64,000 nucleotides of DNA from Macrostomum lignano (taxonomy: Eukaryota): the NCBI GenBank assembly GCA_002269645.1, contig NIVC01000106.1, positions 682,001 to 746,000 of the forward strand, given 5' to 3'. The position numbers were made by a program, and so were the translations under genes. Below are positions 36,898 to 47,311 of this stretch, one piece after another; the stretch's first letter is position 1, and every line of letters starts with the position of its first letter. Below the pieces are notes generated by a model that worked only from the letters and a program-made list of their open reading frames with translations, made no database searches and had not been told where the DNA came from.

Positions 36898-37030
36898 TCT
36901 CTCCTTACTGCTCTCTCATTGGCTGAGCTAGATTGGGCGAGTTTCGTCCGCCTGACTTTGACCTCTCTCCTTACTGCTCTCTCATTGGCTGAGCTAAATT
37001 GGGCCTGCCCCCTAGGCCAAGTTTCGTCCG
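36898..37030. repeat. Two-copy direct repeat (period 66 bp) TCTCTCCTTACTGCTCTCTCATTGGCTGAGCTA(G/A)ATTGGGC
   Basis: Copies start at 36898 and 36964; each has ATTGG (CCAAT) twice. Confidence 0.85.
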
Positions 37031-38061
37031 TCTTGCGTTCATTTGTGTACATCGAGTTAAATGCTTGTTCATTCTTATCCTCATACACTTCTAAGGCCGC
37101 AAACCCCCGAGAAAGGAAAATTGGCTGCCACATTGAATTTAAGTGACACTGCGCTAAAAAACTACTGATTGTCAGTCTTCAGTCATCAGTCTAATTGTCA
37201 GTGAAATATCTAGTTTTTCTAGTAACCTGTGGTCTCTAGTAAGGTTTAATATTATAGTACACAGAAGCCAACACAAGCAAAAAGATATACAAAAAACAAA
37301 AATACAAACTGGATGACTGAACAGACTCTTATTCTACCTAATAAAAGCGTATGTTAGAAAATAAATGACGATTAAACTCGAACAAAGTAACAAAAACAAC
37401 GGTAGATTTGAATTCAATAAATATGGAAAAATAATGGCCGATATGTATCGTAGTAAGCATAACAAAGGGCAATAAAACCTTGCAACTTCACTAATTACTT
37501 ATGATAACCAGGATACTAAAAACAAAAAAAAACTTTTTAATAACGCCCCAAATATCAAAGCCCAATAAAGTAGAAATTTTGAAATATAAATATAAGAAAA
37601 ATTTACTAACGCTAACCGAAATTATACAGACACACTGCTACAGTGGAAAAGTTGTATTGTTTAAAAACTTAATATAAGCATTCTAGCAAAGAATGATTTC
37701 TTATGAGCGAAGCACTAAATTAAGGTTGACTAATAAAAAAATTATTAGGTACATCTTCTATTTTGTCGAAGCCTGTATGGACAATCCTGCCATCTATAGC
37801 TGTCGCTTTAATTATTTAAATTGTCAATCCGGATCCAAAATCTATTAGTGGGGGATAGGCGTGGTCACGAGGGCTGGCCATAGACAATACGGTGCAACAC
37901 TACGCAGCCAGACAAAGCCTTACTAGCCGAGAAGGGACCGTTTTATCTGTGCACAAAGAATTAACTGTACAAGTGTACATTATAAAGTACATCTATTTCC
38001 GCTCATCCGCTACGCATTTTATTTTTTATTTTTAAGCCAGAAAACAGACCAATTTTGGGAA

Positions 38062-38440
38062 TGACCGTAGCCCAGTGGTCTAGCGCGGCGCTCTGATGTG
38101 CCAGCGGCCCAGGCTCGATTCCAAGTGCAGTCAAATTAATTTGGGGTCGAATTGGACTGGACTGGGGCTCGGTTTGGGTCTGCTCGGGTAATTAACGGCC
38201 TGGAGGGCTTAAGGCACAGTGAAGTGTACATGCCTAACGATCAATTAAGTTAGGGTCGCTGTACACTCCTGTTGAGTGTGTGCCTGTGCGTATGACTGCG
38301 TACGTATCCGCGCGCTTGTATGCCTGCTCAGGGGAGTCGGCGGAATGGGCAGTAATGCCTCTCGCCGGTTGTGCGGCAATGTCGCTAAAAGTGCACCCGA
38401 GTGAACTGTGCACACAGCTCCCTGCCTCTAATAAAAGACC
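38062..38440 (+). mobile_element. tRNA-derived SINE, family A, near-full-length copy downstream of MOB1
   Basis: Pol III A box TAGCCCAGTGG and B box GGCTCGATTCC in a tRNA-like head. The body is shared with 21493-21826. Confidence 0.75.
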
Positions 38441-38708
38441 TATTTGAGTCAGTTAAAATATTTATGCAGTCAGGGTTGCTGGCTATGCTTGACCAGGAAA
38501 GGCTGTATAGAACTTGGTCTTTTCTTAGTCAAAGACAGCTCTGCTCTCAATCCAGCAACTTAGGAGTTCTAACAATTTCTTTACAGTTTCCAACTCTCCA
38601 CTTCAATCAGTACCTGCTAGAAAGGTTGCTTGGCAACAGTTGCACAGCGTTGATATACAAATATACAAACACGAAATCAAAGTTACTCGTCTAGTTATGC
38701 TAGACATG

Positions 38709-39452
38709 CTATTGAGCCTGTTCCACACTGCTTCCACCGGAAGCGGACGCCAGCGCACCGCCGGAACCGGAAGCTGCGCCGCCCCCTGCGGAAGCGCCCG
38801 ACCGACTGCTATCGCGACTAGTCAATCGATCGATAAACTCCTGCAAAGGAGCCAACTCCTTGCGTTCTACCAAATTGAATTCTTGCACAAAGTAGATGAA
38901 ATGTTTAAACGACGTGTTCAAATGAGCCTCTTCTTTTAGTTCGCAGACCTCTTTAAAGTGTTGATGATAAATGTGCGCATAGATTCGAAACAGTCGCTTC
39001 AAGATTGTTTTAGCGACTGACAAGAAGTTCTTGGGAAATGGCACGTTAATCTTTGATGGGAACAAGGTCTCGTCGTCCAGCTGAGACTGTACCCAGGTGA
39101 GCAAGTAGTCAATATACCGAGGCGCAGTGCATTTAATTGGCTTCTTAATCTTCTCACCGTCAGCCCAGTGGTATTCATATTTCGGCCCAGCCGACATCAC
39201 CGGGCAGGCGGCGTCGGTGCAAAACTCTGTCAACGTGCCGTACAGCATGTGAATCTGATTGAAAAAGTCTACAGTGTTCACCGCAATCCATTCGTTGGCA
39301 TCTTCGCCTTCTGGCAGTCTGACAGCCAGTCTGAGATCTCCGCTGCCCAGAGTTTTAGCGGCTTTCTGCAACAAATCATACTGATGCGTGCCCTCTTGGA
39401 TGCTCTTCTTTGGCCTGAACGTTTTGTTGTTCTTGCCGAATATAAAGTTCAT
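38709..39452 (-). CDS. MOB1: MOB kinase activator 1 (MOB1A/B orthologue), single-exon CDS, 247 aa
   Basis: Uninterrupted ATG-TAG ORF, near-identical to MOB1 over long stretches (EWIAVNTVDFFNQ, CPVMSAGPKYEYHWAD, LDDETLFPSK, AHLNTSFKHF). The zinc ligands (C..C, H..H) and both N-terminal phospho-Thr equivalents (KTF, KTLG) are present. Confidence 0.98.
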   Translation of the reverse strand: MNFIFGKNNKTFRPKKSIQEGTHQYDLLQKAAKTLGSGDLRLAVRLPEGEDANEWIAVNTVDFFNQIHMLYGTLTEFCTDAACPVMSAGPKYEYHWADGEKIKKPIKCTAPRYIDYLLTWVQSQLDDETLFPSKINVPFPKNFLSVAKTILKRLFRIYAHIYHQHFKEVCELKEEAHLNTSFKHFIYFVQEFNLVERKELAPLQEFIDRLTSRDSSRSGASAGGGAASGSGGALASASGGSSVEQAQ

Positions 39453-39459
39453 GTCGGGT

Positions 39460-39468
39460 CTAGAAAAA
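39460..39468 (-). other. 3' splice acceptor TTTTTCTAG, 7 nt upstream of the MOB1 ATG (5'UTR intron or trans-splice site)
   Basis: Polypyrimidine tract plus AG immediately before the start. A GTAAGC donor-like site at 40460 lies on the far side of the 34-bp array. Confidence 0.45.
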
Positions 39469-39774
39469 TCTCAAGGCGGTAAAGATGACTGACTGGCCGG
39501 CCTTTTTCTTTCAAGAAGCAATTTTAACAAGTTGATTGAGCATGAAAATTAAACATTGAAACAGTAATTGCATAAGCAAATTACACTGGACATGTTTTGA
39601 TACCGAAGATCTGGACTTAAGCTGACTTGATGATTGCACACAATATGATCCAATTATGCTTCTTTACTGGAAACTTATTGGACACTAGCTGGTAATAGAG
39701 ACAAACATACACAAGCTATATAATAAACTTAAGGAACTCAATAAGAGGCTTGCCCGGGAAGCATGGGGACTTAA

Positions 39775-40320
39775 AGAGGGGAATTACACAGATGACATAG
39801 GGTCTCACATAGGGAAATTACACATAAGGGCACATAGACTCAGGGGGAATTACACAGATGGCATAGGGTCTCAGAGGGGAATTATACATAGGGAATATAG
39901 ACTCAAAGAGGAGAATTACACAGATGGCATAGGGTCTCAAAGAGGGGAGTTACACATAGGGCATATAGACTCAAAGAGGAGAATTACACAGATGGCACAG
40001 GGTCTCAAAGAGGGGAATTACACAGATGGCATAGGGTCTCAAAGAGGGGAATTACACATAGGGCATATAGACTCAAAGAGGAGAATTACACAGATGGCAT
40101 AGGGTCTCAAAGAGGGGAATTACACAGATGGCATAGGGTCTCAAAGAGGGGAATTACACAGATGGTATAGGGTCTCAAAGAGGGGAATTACACAGATGGC
40201 ATAGGGTCTCAAAGAGGGGAATTACACAGACGGCATAGAAACTCATATGGGGGAATTACACAGTCGGCATAGGAACTCTTAGGGGGAATTACACAAGTAG
40301 TATATAGAGGCTTAGAGAGG
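39775..40320. repeat. 34-bp minisatellite GAATTACACAGATGGCATAGGGTCTCAAAGAGGG, upstream of the MOB1 ATG
   Basis: Tandem copies read directly, with two sub-variants. Confidence 0.92.
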
Positions 40321-40809
40321 AATTAATCAGGTGGCAAAGGGACTCGGGGGGGGGATAACACACGACATAGGTTCTCAGCTGTCTAGATATTAGGAAACAA
40401 AAAAGAAGCAAAACACAGACAAAATTTCCAAACAGAAAAATGCACAGTCAAGCAGCTTACTTAGACAAACGGCAGACGCAAATTTATTTAACTTCCCTGT
40501 CAATTTAGCTTATCCCAAACCGGTACACAGGAAAACAGCACGGCATTGTACGAGTATGTAACTGCAAAGGGTCAATAGGCACAAAAGGATAACAACAAAA
40601 ACTGTTTTCAATACGAAATGCTTGCCATTCATAATAAACCGATAGAGAGCTCACTGTCACATCAAGATTAATGAGTACTAAATTTATAATGAGATACCAA
40701 TAATTTATTCTTACCAAATATTTTCATAGTGGGATTTTTTATTTAAAATCAACTAAAGAATTAGCGACGGTGAATTTTTTAATCATTGAAACTTACAGAT
40801 CTGAAGCTA

Positions 40810-41630
40810 CGATTACTAGAACCTGAAGCTCTGACTACCAGAACCTTAGGCTCTGACTACCAGAACCTTAGGCTCTGACTACCAGAACCTTAGGCTCTGA
40901 CTACCAGAACCTTAGGCTCTGACTACCAGAACCTTAGGCTCTGACTACCAGAACCTTAGGCTCTGACTACCAGAACCTTAGGCTCTGACTACCAGAACCT
41001 TAGGCTCTGACTACCAGAACCTTAGGCTCTGACTACCAGAACCTTAGGCTCTGATTACCAGAACCTTAGGCTCTGATTACCAGAACCTGAAGCTCTGACT
41101 ACCAGAACCTTAGACTCTGACTACCAGAACCTTAGGCTCTGACTACCAGAACCTTAGGCTCTGACTACCAGAACCTTAGGCTCTGACTACCAGAACCTTA
41201 GGCTCTGACTACCAGAACCTTAGGCTCTGACTACCAGAACCTTAGGCTCTGACTACCAGAACCTCAGGCTCTGACTACCAGAACCTTAGGCTCTGATTAC
41301 CAGAACCTGAAGCTCTGACTACCAGAACCTTAGACTCTGACTACCAGAACCTCAGGCTCTGACTACCAGAACCTTAGGCTCTGACTACCAGAACCTTAGG
41401 CTCTGACTACCAGAACCTTAGGCTCTGACTACCAGAACCTTAGGCTCTGATTACCAGAACCTGAAGCTCTGACTACCAGAACCTGAAGCTCTGACTACCA
41501 GAACCTTAGGCTCTGATTACCAGAACCTGAAGCTCTGACTACCACAAGCTGAAGCTCTGACTACCAGAATCTGAAGCTCTTACTACCAGAAGCTGAAGCT
41601 CTGACTACCAGAACCTGAAGCTCCGACTAC
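40810..41630. repeat. 22-bp minisatellite CTCTGACTACCAGAACCTTAGG, downstream of the RRP5 stop
   Basis: Tandem copies read directly. Confidence 0.96.
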
Positions 41631-41778
41631 TACAAACTAAAGGTAATATTACTAAAATCTGAAGCTAAGATGACCAAAGGTCGAAGCTTCTAGTATTTCT
41701 TGGAAAACGTTAAAAACTATGCCCTGAACTCGTCAAAAAATTCAGAATTCTCCCTCTCAGCTTCTCAGAGGCACAATA

Positions 41779-44700
41779 TCATTCCATCAACGGCAGACCC
41801 TCATCGCCCGTAACAACAGCTGAGCCGTCGGGAATGCCTTCAACAGACGCCGTTGGCATCGACGACGAGGCATTGTCAATCAGGTCGGACAGAGTTGCCA
41901 ACTGGCTGCAGGACTTGTCCGGCAGGATTTCTCTCGCCTTGGCCAGCAGCTCTCTAGCCGCGGCAATTCCGCCACCGCCGCCTCCTCCTAGAAGCAGACA
42001 GCGGCCGTACAGCAGATAGAGCTCCGGCCTGCCCGGGTGCGACTCAATCAAGCTTTCAAAAGTGGCCACTCCGTCGGCGCGTCGGCCGTAACGGCAGGCG
42101 AGTTCGGCGTAGCCGCTCAGCAGGCCCAGATGATGCCGTTTGGGCAGCGCCGAGAGCGCCTGGTCGAACAGGAGGCGCTTCGCGTCGTCGTTGCGGCCGC
42201 GGCGAAGTTTCACCTGGAGTAGGGGGGGGGGGGGTCATGGCATTTATCATTGGGACTGAAGGGATGCGATGCTCAACTCAACTCACTCATGCACTCAGTC
42301 ACTGATCAATTCAATCACTCACCAATCCATTCACTCACTCACTGATCAATTAATTCACTCACTTATCAATTCACTCACTCACCAATCTATTCACTCACTC
42401 ACTCACCAATCCATTCACTCACTAACTGATCAATTCACTCACTCACCAATCTATTCACTCACTCACTCACCAATCCATTCACTCACTAACTGATCAATTC
42501 ACTCACTCACCAATCCATTCACTCACTAACTGATCAATTCACTCACTCACCAATCTATTTACTCACTCACTCACCAATCCATTCACTCACTCACTGATCA
42601 ATTCACTCACTCACCAATCCATTCACTCACTTACTCACCAATCCATTCACTCACTCACTGATCAATTCACTCACTCACCAATCTTTCACTCACTCACTGA
42701 TCAATTCACTCACTTACTGATCAATTCACTCAGTAACTGATCAATTCACCCACTCACTGATCAATTCACCCACTCACTGATCAATTCACTCACTCACCAA
42801 TCTATTTACTCACTCACTCACCAATCCATTCACTCACTCACTGATCAATTCACTCACTCACCAATCCATTCACTCACTTACTCACCAATCCATTCACTCA
42901 CTTACTCACCAATCCATTCACTCACTCACTGATCAATTCACTCACTCACCAATCTTTCACTCACTCACTGATCAAAACACTCACTCACCAATCTTTCACC
43001 CACTCACTGATCAATTCACTCACTTACTGATTAATTCACTCAGTCACTGATCAATTCACCCACTCACTGATCAATTCACCCACTCACTGATCAATTCACC
43101 CACTCACTGATCAATTCACCCACTCACTGATCAATTCACCCACTCACTGATCAATTCACTCACTCACTGATCAATTCACCCACTCACTGATCAATTCACT
43201 CACTCACTGATCAATTCACTCTCTCATTCACTGATCAATTCACTCAATCGCAAATCCATTTATCCAATCACCAACCCATTGACTCAATCACCAACTCATT
43301 GACTCAATCACCAACGCATTCACTCAATCACCAATCCATTCACTCACTCACCAATCCATTCACTCACTCACCAATCCATTCACTCACTCACTAATCTGTT
43401 AACTCAATCACGAATCCATTAAAAATACCTCACTAATCCATTCACAAAAAACTCACTAATCAATTCACAAATAATACATTAATCCATTCCCTAACTCACT
43501 AATCCATTTATCAACTCACAAATTCACTTACCTATTCACTCTCTCATTGAATCTGTCAATCAATTAATCAAGCAAGCACTCTGTCCCTACTCCCCCTCCC
43601 CCAAAAACCACCTGCACCCCTATAACAGCGGTCAATCGTCACCTCCAGCTGCAGTCTCCAGGCTTTGGGACAGTCCGGCCTCGCCCGCCTCAGTTTAGCA
43701 GCCGCAGCTTCGGCTTTATTGGCTTCTCCCCGTTCTAACAAAGACGACACGGCCAGCTGGATGAGGCCGGGGTCCTGCATCTGGCAGGCGCGGTAAGTCG
43801 CCTGAGTCAGCCTGTCCATAGCGTCGGGATCTTCGCCGGCCTCGGCGACTGCCCGACTCTCCAACAGCAGCAGCGATCGCAGCAGGCGTTTCCGGCCAGC
43901 ATCGGCTGCGTCGCCGGCGCCAAGTCGGCCGACAGCAATCAGGCCTCGTTCGATAATGGACCTGGCCGAATCTAATTCGCCAGACTCGACATAATAGCGC
44001 GCATAATCTGCCCAGTGACTGGCGTTGCTAGGCTCCCTAGTAACCAACGACTCGAACTCGGATTTATTATTAGCTACGCTGGATGAGCCGCTGCGACGAC
44101 GGTTTTGCTTAGTCGACGCCGTAGAAGAATTCTGCGACTCTCCGACATCGACATCCTCATTCTCGTCGACGCTCTCATTGTCGGCCAGATCTAAAGGCAG
44201 ATAAGAGCCCGACTTGCTAGCCGATGATTTCTCGTTGCTAGCATGTACAACCAGTACAACGCCATTGTCCAGACGCTGAGTCTTAGTTCGCCTGGCGCCA
44301 TCTTCAGCATCGTCGTTAACGCTAGCCGACGAGCTAAGACGCCGGCGCCGACTCTTTGTTTTCGCTGTAGCAGTCGGTGTAGCAGCAGGCTTTGTTGTCG
44401 CTGGCTTTTCCGCCGCGTCGGGTATCGGCTCTTCCAGTCGGTACAGTCGAGGACGATGTCGATTGTCGCTGCAATTCACGCCGCCGCCGCCGCCGCCAGA
44501 GTCCCGACTGCTGCTGCACCGGACCCGCCGGCCGATAGGAAACAGTCGCCGAGCTCTCGGCGGCACTGGCACAACTGCTGTACGCGTTAATCCGCCAAAT
44601 GTCACCGCTAATCCGCGATCGCAGTGCCTAGCAACGTAGCCGATTAGAAAACTACTATTAGTAGTATCAGCCGATTGTTGATGATTAGCATTGGCAGCCG

Positions 44701-47247
44701 AAACAGGTCGAAGCCAGTGCACTGGGCGATTGTTGAAGCTGCGATCAACTCGAATCACTTCGGCTAGCATGAACGGAGCTCGACGACTGCTAAAACGACT
44801 CGGCAGACCGTAGCGTCGAGCCGCGGCCGAGAGCAGGTCGGCAATGTCGGCCGGCCGGCTGGGGTCCATGTCCAGGATGTGGAATTGGCCGCTGCGACCG
44901 GCAGGTAGGCAGGCCCGGTAGAAGAACTGGCTAGTTGAGGTGACGTAAGCGGCTACGCGATCGCCGGCCTGGAGGTTGGGTAGTAGTATGTACAACTTTA
45001 TTAAGTAGTGTGAAAGCGTTTTTCACCGATTTTTATCTGCTTGAATTATCATTAGCCTCTATTTTTAATAAAGATAAATAACTTGGCGATGCCCGATTCT
45101 TTATTCAGATCCCTACTGAATCCTGAGTCAGATCCCTACTGAATCCTGATTCAGATCCCTACTGAATCCTGAGTCAGATCCCTACTGAATCCTGAGTCAG
45201 ATCCCTACTGAATCCCGATTCAGATCCCTACTACTGAATCCCGATTCAGATCCCTACTGAATCCTGAGTCAGATCCCTACTGAATCCCGATTCAGATCCC
45301 TACTGAATCCTGAGTCAGATCCCTACTGAATCCTGAGTCAGATCCCTACTGAATCCTGAGTCAGATCCCTACTGAATCCCGATTCAGATCCCTACTACTG
45401 AATCCTGATTCAGATCCCTACTGAATCCTGAGTCAGATCCCTACTGAATCCTGAGTCAGATCCCTACTGAATCCCGATTCAGATCCCTACTACTGAATCC
45501 TGATTCAGATCCCTACTGAATCCTGAGTCAGATCCCTACTGAATCCTGAGTCAGATCCCTACTGAATCCTGAGTCAGATCCCTACTGAATCCCAATTCAG
45601 ATCCCTACTTACTCCCGATTCAGATCCCTACTGAATCCCGATCTAGGTCAATTAAATTCAGATTTCAAATCTTACGAGTATTCTCTGAAATCCCTGATAT
45701 TTTTACCACTTTAGTAAAATCCCTAAGAAGATTTTAGTCAACTAAATATTCAAAATTCAAAAACACAAAATGAATTCAAACCTTAAGTGGTTCACAAGCC
45801 TTAGCGCCTAGACAGGTGACTCGGAAAGATTCAGATTCTTCATCATCATCGTCGCTATTGTCCTCATGGTCCTCGGCATCAGCATCAGCATCATGAGACA
45901 CCATCTCCCCAATGCTAGCCGCAGTTTCAACGGGCAATCGCCAAGCTTGCAAAGCCGCACCGCAGGGCAGCGATTTAGACAGAGCGGCGAGTTGATCAAT
46001 ATCGCTAGTAATATCTAGGTAAGGCACCAGTACCGTTCTACCAATAGAGGCGTACATTGATACCTTGCGAAGCTTAGGATCGGCGTGATGAACGTAAAGC
46101 CACATTGGCGGCAAGACGCTGGCGGGCGGCAAGTCGAATAGGTCGCTAAAATCGTTTCCAGGCCGATTCAGTATTGAGGGCCGAGCGGACAGCTCGTACA
46201 GATTGGACCTCTTGCCGCCGAGTGGGTGAGATTGGCTGCGGAAGCGAACCGTTTTGGTGGCTATTAAGGTCAATTATGGCTCATAAAGAGTGTAAGGTCA
46301 ATTATGGCTCATAAAGAGTGTAAGGTCAATTATGGCTCATAAAGAGTGTAAGGTCAATTATGGCTCATAAAGAGTGTAAGGTCAATTATGGGTCATAAAG
46401 TGGGTCAGGTCAGTGATGGATCATAAAGTGGGTCAGGTCAATTATGGGTCATAAAGTGGGTCAGGTCAGTTATGGGTCATAAAGTGGGTCAGGTCAATGA
46501 TGGGTCACAGAGTGGCTCAAGTCAATGACGGATTAGAAAAGTGGGTCAGGTCAATGATGGGTCATAGAGTGGGTCAGGCCAAGTTAATAATGGGTCAAAA
46601 AGTGGGTCAGGCCAAGTCAATGAAGGGTCATAGAGTGGGTCAGGCCAAGTCAATAATGGGTCATATAGTAGGTCAGGTCAATGATGGGTCGTACAGTAGG
46701 TCAGAGCAATGATGGGTCATACAGTGGGTCAGGTCAATAATGGGTCATAGAGTGGGTCAGGTCAATGATGGGTCATAGAGTGGGTCGGGTCTCCAACAGA
46801 ATTCTGGAGCGAAAAGTGCAAGCATCGGGGGTATGCTACCGATTAGGTCTGTAAAAACACCCGCGCATAGCTAACTCACTCTTCATGAAATCGATCGCTT
46901 CGAATTCCAACAACTCGAGCTAGCAGCTCTTGACCGATGCTAAAATTCGATAACGGGCTGACCATCTGTTGAGGCGAGTCTGTCACCTCAGTGATGAATA
47001 TGCGGCCTTTAGTGCGCGAGTGAAGGTCTTCTACATTTAGCTGGCAGCTGGTGATGGCCATCACGCTGAATGGGGCGGAGGCAGGTTTAAGTGAAATAGG
47101 CAGACAGACAGACAGGCAGACAGAGACAGACAGAGAGGCAGAGACAGACAGGCAGACAGGCATACAGACAGACAGGCATACAGACAGACAGGCAGAGACA
47201 GACAGGCAGACAGACAGATAGGCAGACAGGCATACAGACAGACAGGC

Positions 47248-47311
<64 letters not shown>

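Noticed and set aside
37690-38030. Possible further small transposon (GAGCGAAGC and GGCGTGGTCAC motifs)
   Set aside because: No terminal repeats and no second copy in the window to support it.
12781-41778. Spliced-leader RNA or snRNA gene in the intergenic spacers
   Set aside because: I saw no recognisable leader, donor and Sm-site arrangement by eye; an Infernal/Rfam scan would be needed to exclude it.
45105-45640. Tandem AP-1 sites (TGAGTCA) in the 23-bp array
   Set aside because: Present in only some variants, and a 7-bp match among about 30 arrays is expected by chance.
46236-46261. Alternative RRP5 acceptor TTAATAG| at 46261 adding TKTVRFRS
   Set aside because: It is phase 1, whereas the upstream GA|GTGAGT donor is phase 2. 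The CGCAG| acceptor at 46236 fits. It could still be real if a micro-exon exists.
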